DNA from: Podarcis pityusensis
Taxonomy: Eukaryota
Length of the DNA stretch: 64,000 nucleotides
Reading direction: 5' to 3' (one strand)
Assembly (NCBI GenBank): GCA_964106645.2
Contig: OZ067046.1
Each line of letters begins with the position of its first letter. The stretch's first letter is position 1. Positions 37,747 to 51,064 of this stretch are shown here, piece after piece. Position numbers and translations under genes: made by a program. The notes under the pieces are model-generated. The model was not told the origin of the DNA. It did no database searches and saw only the letters and a program-made list of their open reading frames with translations.

Positions 37747-38515
37747 ATATAGACAATGCTGAGGGAGGGATAGACCACTAGTCTCTTTAGACCTTGTGTT
37801 TAAATGTCCACCGGGGGTTGTCTTGTAGTCTCCGTTTCTGATAACCTCAGTTGCAAAACTGATCCATCATTATCTTATTCACCTACCTTCACAGCTCTAT
37901 GAATGTAACTAGACATTATTCCCATTTTACAGATGGAAGAACTTTGAGTAAAGACTCAGTGAAGCTGAATAGAAAAGCTTTGAATCCATACCCTAGAATC
38001 ATGGAGCTGAAAGGATCCCTGAGGATCATCTAGTCCAACCCACCTGCAATGCAGGAATCACAACATTCAGTCCCCCATCCAATGTGAAACCACACCAGAG
38101 CCAGCGTAGCTTTGAAAAAGTGCCAGCAGTTTTATTGCTGCACCACTTCAAATCCAGTATTTTATATCTGCCAGACCACTCTTTCTGTCAAACTCTTACC
38201 CAAATTAACTTCAGGATTAAACCTCAGTGGGAGTCTAGCCAATTACCACTCTGAGCTATATTTACAGATGCCATGCATTCTGAAATAGCCCTGAGATCCT
38301 CCAGTGCCGGACCAATCCAATAATTTCACCAAGACATAAATGCACCTATTCCTTAATGGGCTTTGTATTCTTTTGGGGGGGGGGCGGGGAGACCATCACT
38401 TCCCATTATCCTTTTTTCATATGCGACATCTGCAGGTGAAAGTGATGTCAGTGTTCTGATGCAAGTGCAGCTCGTCCCTCAAGGCAAGCACCACACTGAT
38501 ATTGCAGTAGCTTTA

Positions 38516-38767
38516 CAGGGCTCAGCAAACTTTTTCAGCAGGGGGCCAGTCCACTGTCCCTCAGACCTTGTGGGGGGCCAGACTATATTTTGGAAAAAAG
38601 AAGAAGAACCAATTCCTATGCCCCACAAATAACCCAGAGATGCATTTTAAATAAAAGCACACATTCTACTCATGTAAAAGCATGCTGATTCCTGGACCGT
38701 CCGCAGGCTAGATTTAGAAGGCAATTGGGCTGGATCCGACCCCTGGGCCTTAGTTTGCCTACCCATG
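38516..38767. mobile_element. hAT-Charlie-like MITE
   Basis: Termini cagggctcagcaaact and agtttgcctacccatg; subterminal gggcc motifs; TSD not clear. Confidence 0.65.
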
Positions 38768-38954
38768 CCTTAGACTGAGTCCTATATAGGCACAGTAGCT
38801 CTGTCCCAGTTGCAAGTCCCACCTTCACTGAAAGATGCCTCTTTGGTTTAAGAGGCCCAGCCTTGCTCCAGGAGTCTCTTACTCTGACAGAGCAGGGGAA
38901 ACTTTGGCTGTACTGGGGCTTCCATGATAGAGTCAAAGGGTGGCAATGTGACAA

Positions 38955-39092
38955 CTGGTAGACCTTGAGACTCTTAACCTCAGGGTCATGGGTTTGAGCC
39001 CCACATTGGGCAAAAGATTCCTGCATTGCAGCAGGTTGGACTAGATGATCCTTGTGGTCCCTTCTTACTCTACAGTTCTATGACACTATGAC
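38955..39092 (+). mobile_element. tRNA(Lys)-headed, CR1-tailed short SINE
   Basis: gagactcttaacctcagggtcatgggtttgagccccacattgggcaaaagattcctgcattgc..ttctatga. Confidence 0.8.
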
Positions 39093-40569
39093 ATCCTTGG
39101 ACTAGAAGGGCACTGGCACTGTGGACTCATCTTCTGGAAGTACTTCCAGAGTTAGTCTTGGATACAATTTCCCTTCTGATTCCTCATCCTCTAAAGAAGG
39201 AGAATCCGACCCCAGGGTCATGACCGTCAAAATGGGTGGCATTCAATGCTTGTCCTACACAGAATAGACACACTGAAGTACCTAACTAACTTAGGTTCAT
39301 TGACTTTAACAGGTCTGCTCTGAATAGGGCTTAGCTGCATACAGCCCAGAGTCAGTTCCACAAAGTACAGAGAGCAGCAATCTTGAAACTGGCAGAGTAA
39401 GTGAATAAATTTAGTAGCACGTAGGAGGATTTTAATGCATAAAATGTAGTGCTGGAATTTATCCAGGGGGATAAATCTTTTGGAGTCTCACCAGAATGAC
39501 AGTCCCATGCTTCCTGTAGTTACTTCTGAACGTCGCTCCCTTGAGGAACTTGTGAGGTTAGCAAAAAGGGGTTATGTTGCAACTAAGTCCTAAGCCAAAC
39601 GCTTCCTGCAAAGGAATTCAATGGAATCCCATGGTAAGGCACTTCAGAATGCTTCCATGCCAATCTGGCCTTCAGCTTCCTCCAAGAATAGAAAAACAAT
39701 TCAAATCACAGATGTTCTCCAATGGAAAAGATTATTAGATCTGCTATCATGACCCACTGGCCAACATCATTCTACCCCCATAATTACAAATCCTGCAGCC
39801 CTGAAGTTTTTAATTGCGTTGGTACTACAGAGACACAATTTCATATGCCACAAGGAGTTGTAAGGAGGGCGGAATCCCTCCAAAACGGTTTTGTGCAAAG
39901 TTATCTGCTGTCTAAGCTTTCCCAGCCCATTAATATTTCACTTTCATATAAGCCCTGGACTGGTTTTGGAACATGCTTCCTTTTTATCCCCTTTTTATAT
40001 ATAAGCAAGAGAAAGTGTTTGAAGTAAGTGCTGGTAAGAAACCTCCCCTAGTCTGTCTCTCTTCCCACCCCCTCATCCCCCTCCCCCCACACACTTGCTT
40101 TCTCCACCTCAGTCTCTTGAGGATTTTAACACTTCAAGTACAACATATACCAGGAAAAGAGGAGGGGGGGGAACAGAGACGAATGTGTCTAGCTTTGAAT
40201 CGCCTCTTAAAAGAGAGACAGCTTTTTTCAATTGTTTTGTAGTCACATTCAGCTGTGAAAATGACGAAAAAGGAAATCGGCGAAAATAAGCGCGATTACT
40301 ACATGCTGTCAGGCTGAAAGGGGAGCGTAGCAAATACAGCAGAGCCTCAAATTTACAAAACACTTTGTGAATGGAAGCAGTTTGTAAGCCTCCTGCCCTG
40401 GCAGTTCCAAAATCCCCTACCCTATTACCTTGCATCTCCACATCCTCCCGTTTGGAATGTCACCCGGGCATTGCCAGTGCTCGCTTTCCTCATCTACCTG
40501 GAACCCGTCCTCCCCAGGGTTTTTTTTTTTGGGGGGGGGGCTTTCCTAGCTCTCTATGAAGATGGGAAG

Positions 40570-40791
40570 CAGTGCCGGATTACCAAATAGGCTGAGCAGG
40601 CACCGGCCTATGGGCCCCACACCTTTCAGGGGCCCCACGAAAAGGGACCAAAATAATATTGATTTGATCATGAAAGAAAATTACAATCAAGCTTGCTTAG
40701 TTCAATGCTATCCCACTAGAGCACATGCACAAGCCCCCCACCATCAATTTCAGCTGCCTAGGGGCCTCCCACAGGGTTTAATCTGGCACTG
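40570..40791. mobile_element. MITE with 13-bp TIR (hAT-like, 8-bp TSD)
   Basis: cagtgccggatta and taatctggcactg; flanks atgggaag/tttggaag. It sits at the tail of a minus-strand tRNA(Ala) SINE (40792-40965). Confidence 0.7.
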
Positions 40792-41190
40792 TTTGGAAGC
40801 CGCCTTATACTTAATCAGACTATGGGTCCATCAAGCTCAGTACTGACTGGAAGCAGCTCTCCAGAATTTCCATCAATGACCTTTGCTAGCCCTACCTGGA
40901 GATACTGGGGATTGAACCTGGGACCTTTGGCAGGCAAAGCAGATGCACTACCAGTGAGCTACAGGCCCGTCCTTTCTCTGCTTCATCTCATTAAGGGCAC
41001 TGGAAGCTGCCTTATACCTGGGCAGGCCAATTGTCCATCTGGGTCAGTACTGTCACTTGGAAGTAGCTCATCAGGGTCTCAGACAGAGGTCTTCCCTGCC
41101 ACCTGGTACGTGATCTTTAAAAACAAGCAAACCTAGAGATTGAATCTGAAACCTTCTGCATTCAGAGCATGTTCTCTATACCACAGAGCA
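40792..41190 (-). mobile_element. Two tandem tRNA(Ala)-headed SINE copies
   Basis: ggaagc(c/t)gccttatac..gattgaa(c/t)ctg..acc occurs twice (40792-40965 and ~41000-41190). Confidence 0.7.
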
Positions 41191-41935
41191 GCGGTCCCTC
41201 CCCCTCCATTTTATCCAATATGCTTTCTGACCTCCTGAAAAACACCCCCACGCCGCCTGATTCACAAAGGGGCTGATGTGGCAACAGTTACTGCATACTG
41301 AGCAGGGTGAGCAATACTGCGACGGAGAAATTTGATAGATTAGTCATTTTGAATCTCCAGGCTTCATATATCTCCGAGGTTCCAGCAGAGCGAAATCCGT
41401 TCCACAAGAATGTTCAGTGGAACTCTGCTCCGCCATGGGAAAAGAAAACCGATCCTCTCCACTACTTGGCAAGATGTCTCTCCTTAATGGTGTTGGGAAA
41501 GTACAGTCGCCAAAGAGCACCACCCTCGTGGCTCGTGTTAAGATGATGCATTACGAGACACCACTGGGTAATGCTAAGTCTCTCTTCCCCCTTGAAACTG
41601 CACGTGCAATTACCCTGCCTGCTGCAATGTCTAGCTGCTCCCATACTCCATGGGAAATGGCGCAGGTAGAGCATCATAGTTCAGAGTACGAAAAGGAACC
41701 ATCCAGGAACAAGTGCGTCATCACCCGTCGACACCGTCTCCCCATTCAAATATTATTCCAGGAACTCACTTCTCTGTAACAACCCATCAGCCTGAATTTG
41801 CTTCATGTTATGTTGAATGAAATAGAATGAAAAACTGGAACTGGGCAGTGAGGACTTTTATTTGACACACCACACTGGGCCGAGACTCAGCCCCAAGTAA
41901 CACCTGGGCAAAACAGGCGTGAGCCCCACAGACAA

Positions 41936-41968
<33 letters not shown>

Positions 41969-42379
41969 TTTCATGCTGCCTTCTGCACTGGGAGCTGCCC
42001 TACTTCCTTGGGGTCACAATGCCCTTCTGGTGACAAAGTCTCCACTGACCATTCTTCCTGGTGCCACAACTAGCTGGCCACCCGCCACAAATCATGACCG
42101 GTTCTGCCTCTTCCACCACCATCCCCATGCACACCGCAATATGACACATGTACCCCAAGCATGTGTTATTGCATGGGCAGTGAACGGTTCTCTGGCAAAT
42201 AGCTCGATAGCTGTGATGAGTGTGGCTGGCGCAGCGATGGCAGGGGCAAGAGGTGACAGTGTCTAGTGGGGGCGGGGAAGGTGCCATGTGGCAACGCTGG
42301 AGAATCCACATGGCTCTCCCAGCTGCCAATCTCTCTCCCTCTATATATATATATATATGTATGCATGTATGTTACTGCT

Positions 42380-43750
42380 GCACAGCCGCTGCGGAAAGGT
42401 GGGAACCCTCTCCCCAGAAAACAGGCGTCTTCTTCCCCTGCATAAGTCCACGATGAAGCCTTGCAGCCTTCCACGCGCGCACACCCTCCTCGCCCCTTCC
42501 CCAAAACTGCACCGCCACAAAGCGCCCTGCCCTCGCCCTAATCCCAGCCGCCGCTGCGGCCACTGCCGACTTGCAGGAGAGCCCAGCTCGGTCCAATCCC
42601 AGCGAACACGCCTCGCGCGTACAGGAAGAAGGCAATGCGGCTCTCGGCGAGCCCTTCCTCGTAGCCGCGGCTGCCCTGCGTGCAATAAACATACCGGCTT
42701 CTAGCTCTTGCCTTCTCCTCCTCCAGCTCCTTTCCTCCCAATCAGCTGCCGCTACCGCCTGCCCAGCCCCGGATCTACCTGCAGGACTCGAAGCGAGCTT
42801 TTAAAAAAACAGAAAAACCACAGTACACAAACCAAGCCTTTGCACCACTTTCCAGCCCTCGATCCCGTGTGCACTTGTTCCCCCAGTTCCGCGATCCGCC
42901 CACCCAAGGCAAAATCGCGACCACCACATCGCAAGCACGGGAAGCTTCTTCCCAAAATAACGCAGCCCTCCTTGGTTGTGCGGACAAGCCTGGAAGACCC
43001 AGAGGAGCTCAGCCTCCCTCCTCCTCCCTTCCTAAAATCCTGACCTTCCATCTCCTAGCCGCCCCCTTCCCCGCCGCCCTATGAGAGGGTGCCTTCCCTG
43101 CTTTCCCAAACCGAGCGGCGCCACGAGTCAGGGGCGCATGGAGGTTATTTACTACCTGGTTGGGCAGCTGGTGGTTGTCTTGGGGGCGCTCCTGCCACGG
43201 AGTGCTGGGGTGGGGGGCGAAGTCTCGTCCTGGCCGCCCCGCTCCCTACCACCAAAGTGGTGGTTGGTGAGGTCCTTTTAATTTTCCCATATGCGCCCAC
43301 GGAGAAGAGAGGTGGGGGGGAAGCCAAAAAAAAAAACCCGCACGCACACACCCCAGCCTTGGTCCAGGGCTAGCAGCAACAGCAGCAATTAATCCAGCAA
43401 GAGGCAGCCAGAGCAGCGCAAAAGCTCTGCAGCAGAAGAAACCAACGGAGCTTCCCATGCACTCATGTTGTTGCTGTTGAGAGTGCAGAAGAGGATACGC
43501 AGCAGCAGCAGCAGCAGCAGCAGCAGGCGGATTGGCAGCCGGCGCTGCTTGTGGCAAGGAAAGACGGGGAGAGGAGAAGGCGGCGGGGAGGGACGAAAGG
43601 GGAGGCGCTTGCGGTGCGTCTGGAGAGAGAGTGTGGGGCTGTGCGCGCCGCGTTGCATGCGGGGTTGCGCGGTGCCACCTCCTCGCTGGGAGTGCATTGC
43701 GGAGCCGGCTTGGGAGGGGAGAGCAGCCGCCAGCGCAGGATCAGCCTCTT
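42380..43750. promoter_or_regulatory. CpG island, probable promoter/first-exon region of an unidentified gene
   Basis: Sharp rise in GC and CpG content in non-repeat sequence; GC-box-like ccccgccgccc at about 43070; (CAG)9; flanked by (CA)n, (TA)n and (TG)n. Confidence 0.75.
43500..43526. repeat. (CAG)9 trinucleotide repeat within the CpG island
   Basis: Directly visible. Confidence 0.95.
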
Positions 43751-43955
43751 AAGAAGGGGATTGACAGGAAGGATTTAAGAAAGCCTCACCTTTCTGAGCT
43801 CTGAGTCAGCAGAGAGTGGAACAGGTTCATTTTTATTATTATTTTTTGCTCTCTTCTTCCTGCTTCCAGGCCAGCCTCCTCCTTCCCTTTTCTTGAAGCC
43901 ACAGCAGAAGCTTCAACAGCTGCAGAAGAAACCAAGACCAGCAAATCAGTGTAAC

Positions 43956-43957
<2 letters not shown>

Positions 43958-43989
<32 letters not shown>
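43958..43989. repeat. (TG)n microsatellite
   Basis: Directly visible. Others: (CA)n at ~41937-41966, (CT)n/(CTGT)n at ~50573-50620. Confidence 0.95.
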
Positions 43990-43993
<4 letters not shown>

Positions 43994-46888
43994 GTGTTTG
44001 TTTTTTCTCTGTCTGCCTTGGTTTGCATTTTCCTTTTAGCGTGCTAAAATCAGGAGCTTTGCAAATCCTTAAAAGGGGGGGGGGGTAACACCTTTTGGGC
44101 AGCTTCACTTCAGGAGTGAACTCTGAAATAATGCAGATTAGTTGCTCCTTAATAGGCTTGCTCCAGTCAGGGTGGTTATAAAAAGGGTTTAGGTGTGTTT
44201 GTGTGTTCCTGGAATACTCTTAATAATCCACATTATAGATTGCGAGTTGAGGACTAGGCAGGGGTTAAGTGAGCTGTTCCAGAATAAAAGATGGTCATTT
44301 TGTGTGTGGCCGGGGAAACCTGAGGATGCTGGCTATTCCAGACTGGTTCAGATCCAGTAAACCTGAAAGGTGCTGGTTGTTGCAAATTAGCTCTGGCATA
44401 AATTGGTATGACCTTCTTGTGTCCTTGCCATTTCATAGTCAAGGTCACCTGGAAGGAGCTGAGGCTCACACACTTGGGCTGCTATACCCAGAGCTAGCCT
44501 TACTCTGCAAGAAGCCTCACTGAACTTCTTGGGTTGACAGATATTTACAGGATTGTACTGCGGGTTTATGCAGCGAGTGGCCATTCTCTCCGGCATTGAT
44601 CTGTTGTGACCATGAAGCCCAATGCAGCAACCACAGCAGTTGTTTGGGATCAACTGAGTGAAAAGCTATATTCTTCCCCTCTGCCCCACCATGTTCCATA
44701 TTTTGTATGAAGGGCAGCCTCAAAACTGGGAGGAGAGGGTAATGGAGTTTTTGGAATCAATTCATCCGGACTGCATACACACCATACATTTAAAGCACAC
44801 ACATACTCTCAAACAATATTGGGAGTTTAGGTTTACCCATCAGAGCTACAGTTCCCAGCACCTTTAAACTACAGTTCCCAGGATTCTTTGACAGGGTGGT
44901 TAAATGTGCTTATGGTATGGAAACAGAGTGAAAAGCTGTGGTCTTTTTACCCTTCCATATTTTGCATGGACAAAAAGTCTCAACATTTGCAGGCGGGGGC
45001 AGGGCGGGTTGAACGCGACAGATTTCCCACTCCTTCTCTCCAAAACCTTGAATGAAACAGGTGTGTGTGTCTGTGTGTTTTGCAGGCCGTGCAAGGGGAA
45101 GTGAAAATTACTAGACAACAGCCTCTGTATGACCTTTGGATGTTTACTATCCTTGTCTTCTCTCTCTCTTGGGGTTTTATATGCGTGTGTACATAAGTGA
45201 AGGAGGTGAGGTGGTTAAAGGGTTTGCTGTGGTGGTTTTTTATTTTTTTTTTAAAGCCTCCTTAACCAGGAAGCAGCTACAAGAAAAGCTAATCAAACGC
45301 CAGCTGAGGAAAAGTGCACTAGTTCAGCGCATTCAATAATTATCACCGCATATGCTCCCGGCACGAATGTATTGGTATATGTTGCTACCAATATTGCTCC
45401 TTATTCCAGAGCAGGCATGGACAATTTCTGCATTTCACAGACTAAATATGATGTGAGGGATCCATGGTCAGTTCTCCAGATATATTTTCCTTTGCCTAAA
45501 AACAATCCAGGAGGAATGGGAGAATGGGGTCAGGAGGAATAGGGTTGTGGTTGGGAGACCAGTTAATCCTTTCCCCACACATTTCCCTGTCCGTTCCCCC
45601 CAAATATTATTAACCATGAAGAGAATTTTTTTGAGAATTTTCTTTTTCTCACCCACCTCCCCTCAGAAAATGAAAGCCATAAAAAGCTGTTTTAAAAAAA
45701 TCCCCCAAGTATTCCTCACCATCTTTTTTGTTTGTGTGTGATGGCCACCATATTTTCCTCACAGTGCCTTGGAAGGACTCCAGGTCAAGGACATTGTGGA
45801 GGATTCAAAATGGCGGCCATTTTGCTTCTGTTGTCATTGGCAGCAGCAAAAAACAACGTTAGGTTAAAAATATAAAAAGTTTGCTACTCCCACGGCTAAT
45901 GGTGAGCCCATACATACACATTCCCCCCCCCCCACACATTCCCAATAAATGGTTGAAGAATTTCTCCTCACTCTGGAGAAAGGTGGTAAAATCACCCACC
46001 CAACTTCTTTGCCCACTAATAGGGCAGAGAATTTCAAGAGGCCATTAAGAGCACAGTTCTAACAGGTACTTACTTGATTTTACCTCAAGCCTATTAGCAG
46101 CTTGAGAAGACTGATTGCAGTCGTGTTCCTAGTTTCCTGAGTATTAGCCCCATGAAACTCAAGAGGACTTGCTTTTGAGGAGACATGTAGAGGATTGGGC
46201 TCCTTATAGTCAGGGAATTAGCCCAGACAGAGAAAAGAAATGGCTAAAAAAACCAAAAACCCTTCCCTCAGCATCACCTCTTAAGCCAAAATACCCTTCC
46301 TCCAGTAGCACCTTCCACCATTCCTCCAGTTCACCTCTGGGAGGAATGCAGGCAACTGTATTGTTCTTGACATTTCCTAACCTCCAACAAGGCTATTTAT
46401 CTATAACATTTGTATATCGCCTTTTCTTCTGGGGTCCTGTACATGGTTCTCCACCCCTCCCTGTTTTATCCCCTCAGCAACCCTGCGAGGTAGGTTAGCC
46501 TGAGAGGTTGGCCCAAGGTCATCCGGTAAGCTTCACGGCTGAGTGGGGATTTATAACCTAGCCTCCCAGGCCCTCATCCTGCACTCTCAACTTTTCTACC
46601 ACATTGGTTATCAGAGGGAGAAAATGCCACAGAAAAAGTGTGGGTGTGAATGTGTGTTTAAAAATAATAATATTTTTTTTAAAAAGAAACCTCCCCTCCA
46701 CTCCCTGACTTGGCCACCATCACAGGCCATTTTGAACAAAAGAAGTTACATGTAATTTGACCCCCGTCCCCATGAGCCATTCTGTTCTCCAGAGATTGGT
46801 CCGGGGGCCACCAGTGTACTTTCCAGCTCACTCCAATTGTTTCATAGGTGCTCAGAATGTATAATAAAATGGGTGCTGCTTAACAGTA

Positions 46889-47120
46889 CAGTCATACCTC
46901 ATGTTACGTTTTTTCAGGTTGCGTCCCGCAGCGACCCGGAAGTACCAGAAAGGGTTACTTCCAGGTTTCACTGCAGTAGCGATAAATCACACTTCGCGCA
47001 TGCGCACAAGCACCAAATCACGCTGCTCACCTGCACAGATACAGCGCTTCAGGTTGCGGGCTTTTCATCTTGCAAACAGGCCTCCAGAACGGATCCTGTT
47101 CGTAACCAGAGGTACCACTG
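46889..47120. mobile_element. Tigger/pogo-like MITE, family B relative
   Basis: cagtcatacctc and gaggtaccactg with TA flanks; contains ccggaagt (~46936) and gcgcatgcgc (46996-47005). Confidence 0.8.
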
Positions 47121-47267
47121 TAAAAGTTTCACAACGATAAAACATGTGCACCCAGGTATGGCCAAGGTAATAGTTTTTGGTGTTTTTTGCAGGGGTGGGG
47201 CATTCATGTAAAGATGTTAAATTTGACAAATCTTCCTTTCAACCCTTGAACAGTCATTTTCTTTTCC

Positions 47268-48110
47268 TTGTTGTTGTTGGCATCTGTCTGTCTCGAGAGA
47301 CAATGGAGTACGCCTCTGGGGGTGCAGTCAAACCGCTGCATTAGCAGCATCGCAGTGACCTCCCTGGGGCACAAGCCTGGGCAGTATTTGTGGAGGTCCT
47401 GGGCTGCCTAGACGACAAGACCTCCATCTCAGCCTCACTGATGTGGTCCAAAAAAAAGCACAGCAATACATTTGGCACCAGCTTGCCTGTCACCCAAGGT
47501 GCCACCCAAATGTCTTTTTGTATAGGGTTTACTCCTTAGCCCTTACTTCTCCTGAAGATATCTGGCAAGGCAATAGAGGTTTAGGATCAGAGTTTTCCTT
47601 CTCCTAGAGGGGCTACCTTTCCAGGTTGATGAGCCCCATCTGCCCCTCACTTCCCTCTACAGCATTTGTAGTAATCACCTTCTTGACCATTGGACCTACT
47701 ATTAGTCTCATCTGCTCAATCCACATGCAATTTGGGGAATTCCCTTACTCACTGAGGGTTTGAGGCACATTGGCTACCCTCATCTGGTTTAGCCAGCCAG
47801 CTAAAGCATGCATAGGCCAACTTGGCCCTCCAGATGTTTTGAGACTAGAGTTCCCATCATCCCTGACCACTGGTCCTGTTAGCTAGGGATGGTGGGAGTT
47901 GTAGTCCCAAAACATCTGGAGGGCCAAGTTTGCCTATGCCTGAGTTAAAGCCATTCCCGGTGTGTGGCCTCTGTCACATGTTGACAGCTTCCAGGAGCCA
48001 CAGGTGAGAGCTGAATGAAGAGTGGGGACCAAATGTACACAAATTACCCCAGAAGCAGCACAATGCGTCCCCCAACAGAGGTACTATCCACCCCTTAACA
48101 CACCATATGC
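47268..48110 (-). mobile_element. RTE-derived non-coding retroposon (3' tail plus probable 5'UTR)
   Basis: (caa)n tail with an RTE-type end ggcatctgtctgtctcgagagacaatggag; gagttttccttctcctag..gatgagccccatctgccc resembles an RTE 5'UTR; no ORF. Confidence 0.55.
47807..47942. mobile_element. 136-bp hairpin hAT MITE
   Basis: Near-perfect ~55-bp inverted arms (aacttggccctccagatgtttt and aaaacatctggagggccaagtt); 8-bp TSD agctaaag/agttaaag. Decayed relatives at about 13.7, 16.7, 19.0, 19.3, 27.4 and 51.0 kb. Confidence 0.9.
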
Positions 48111-50570
48111 CCTTCTAAGCAAATAAAATTTGTTATAGCTACCCCCGATCTGGAGAAAATCATTTTCTTCTTCAGTTGGTCATCCATCCCTGTTTTGAAA
48201 GCATTGCCCCACATTCCACAGCATCAGCGACCAACGTACCAGAATGGATGTCATTTATTGGAAATGATTTTTTTCTTCATAGAACCGCACAGCAACTTCC
48301 TTTCATTACGGAAATTTGGTCGGGCATTTCTGGATAGAGAAGAAATAAGAAACGAGTATATCATAGTCATTAAAAAGAACAAGATTTTCCACTGAAAATC
48401 CAAACCAAACCAAGCTGAAATATGTGAAACTACATGTCCTTCCCCAGTTACCACCGTCTCTTCACCATTTCTCATCCCCATTGGAATTCAGATTGTAAGC
48501 TCTTTGTGGCAGGGCCCTAAATATTTTTGGTGTTTGTTGTTCTGTAAAGTTCCACAGCACTGACCCTGATCTAGCCAAAGCTAGTCATACCTACATTCTG
48601 CCAACATGAATGGAATTGAACCCAACTATGATTAGGTTATAATGTTGGCCAACATTAGAGGGATGTTGTAAGGATCACTGACATCATGAAGCGCTTTGAG
48701 CAGTGAACAGCCCAATTCCTACCATGTTTACTCAGAAGCAATTCCCCTGAGTTCAGTGGCATTTATTTCCCAGTAAGCACATTTAAAAATAGCCTCCTAG
48801 GAAAAAATGCTATAGATGCAGTGGAATCTGGTGTGATGAAGGGCAAAATAGATGGTCTTTTATCAGGCAAGCTGTCCATGCTTGTCCAGCTACAAATATT
48901 GCTTTGTGTATTTTGTAGTTCTTGTTGTCTTAGACCAACTTAAAAGCATTGCCTTACACCAAACTGATATGGTGCAGAAGATTCCTGGAATGCTCAGCAA
49001 ACTTTGCCTTCTCTGTTTCATATACTCAAATGTTGCATATACTGCAATAATTAAATAAACAAGGGCAGTAGTGAAAATTATTTAAGTTTTTTTAAAAATA
49101 AAACAAAGTTTGGATGTTTTTACCATTGTGAATGCAGATGGCAAAGACAATGAGCTCAGAGTCTCATTTAATCGTGATTCATAAATTAATGTTATCTTTC
49201 ATCATTCCAGATTCCACGCAGTCTGTTTGCAATTCGAGCTCTTGCACTCAGGAGTGGGGGTGAGGGAAGGAAGCTTAAAAAAAAAAATTAAGAAAAGGAG
49301 AAGTGATATTTGTTTGTTCTCAGTTTTTGCTAGTTGCTGACTGAGTCTCATTTTGCAACCCTGAATGAAATGAATCATTCCTGGCACAGGAAAATCACAC
49401 CTACTCGGGTCAATTGCTTACCACAAATGACTGTGTATGATTTCTCAAGGCCCTGATCATTCTGAGATTGTATGTCTAACTTTTATGCATCTCAGTACCC
49501 TAGTGACTTCATTAACTTTACATTTGTACTGGAATTTTCAGCTGGAAGGAGGGGGTGTTATGTTTGTATATTCTTTTGATCTGTTTAATAAATGTAAGAG
49601 AGATGTTTAAAATTGGCAACAGCGCCGCATATTTAAAATTGCATACAACTTTATTGTGCAGAAACAGAGACAATTAAAATGGACCTGCATGCTCACCTCA
49701 TGGCAAAGTAGCAGTAATGGAATCCCCGTGGCAATGCTGCTGGCTATCTCATCATTTTCTGCAATATTCACCCACACATTTATAGGTATTTATTATGTAA
49801 TTATTGGAGATGTTGGCTAAATTCTCACCCAGGTGGTCAGTCTGCTGTGAGCTGGAGCCCCCGTGATACTCGTCAAAGTTCAAAGACAATTATTCCATTA
49901 AATGCCAACTGTTAGGTAGAAACACCTGTGCCCTCAAGTCCCACTTAAGGGATTCCAATAGGTATCTGGCTGGCCACTTATGAAAAAGGTTGCTGAATCA
50001 GATGGACCGTTGATGTGATTCAGTAGGATTTTTCCTGTGTTCTTACGGCAGAATATTACTCAAATACACACAACATCTCTGTACACAGAAAAGTATCATG
50101 TCAGGGGAAAAGCTAGGCCAGAACTATTTTCCTTTATCTGCTACCTTTCTGTTTGTTTTTGTCTTTGTTTTGCATTTTAATATTTATTGTGTCCAAGAAA
50201 GATCTTTTAAATATTGCTGAGAAATCCTCCCACTTCCTAAATATGCTCTGTTTAGGCACGACACTGCATCTTCTTCTAATGTTACAAGAAGGGCTTGAAA
50301 GCCAGTTGCAGAAGTTACTGCTCACTTAGCTTCTGGTTCTTCTAAAAAGCCCACATGCATTACTTCTGACCAGGGATTTACACAATGCATAGCTAAGGTA
50401 TGCAATTATGTGACTTAACCAATCTAGTTCCTTTTGACTATTCTAGTCCAAGGGATCAGGGCTCTATCTGCAGTTGTGTCCTGGAAAATGTAGCTTTTCA
50501 ACATGGCACTCAAAACTACAATTTCAAAGAATGTAGTCATTTGGCAACAATAATTTCAACATGATATAAA

Positions 50571-50606
<36 letters not shown>

Positions 50607-51064
50607 GTCTGTCTGTGTGTGTATATTTCTTGATGGTTCCAAGGTATTAAAGGAGTTGTAATATTGTTTATGTTGTGTTGTTATGCTGAAAATCATTTAG
50701 TGGGACTGCAAGCCCATATATAAATGAAATAGAGTGAATTGTTAAGAGTTGTGGATATTATGGAGGCATACAAACAGTATTTTCAGAACACTACAAACTG
50801 GCATGAAGTGAATGGTTGAGTTGTTAATATCACAGGAAAAAATGCAAACCGGTGTGGAAATGTGGAGAATTGAACTTAAGACTGAAAAAATTAGTAATGG
50901 AAATTGACAGATTTGCCTTTCCCCATCTGCATCCTGCCCAAACCTGATGAAGGAGGAGGTCAAAAGTCTGAGGTCCGTGCATGTAACTCTAAACCAGCCT
51001 TTTGTAAGCTGATTCCCCTCCATATGTTTTGGGCTACAACTCTCATCAGTTGCACGGAAGTTGT

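Noticed and set aside
42288-43804. Numerous ORFs across the CpG island; considered BDNF-type 5' exons and PPP2R2B (CAG promoter) as identities
   Set aside because: No recognisable peptide or promoter motif of those genes was found, and the ORF density is explained by GC content. No gene symbol assigned.
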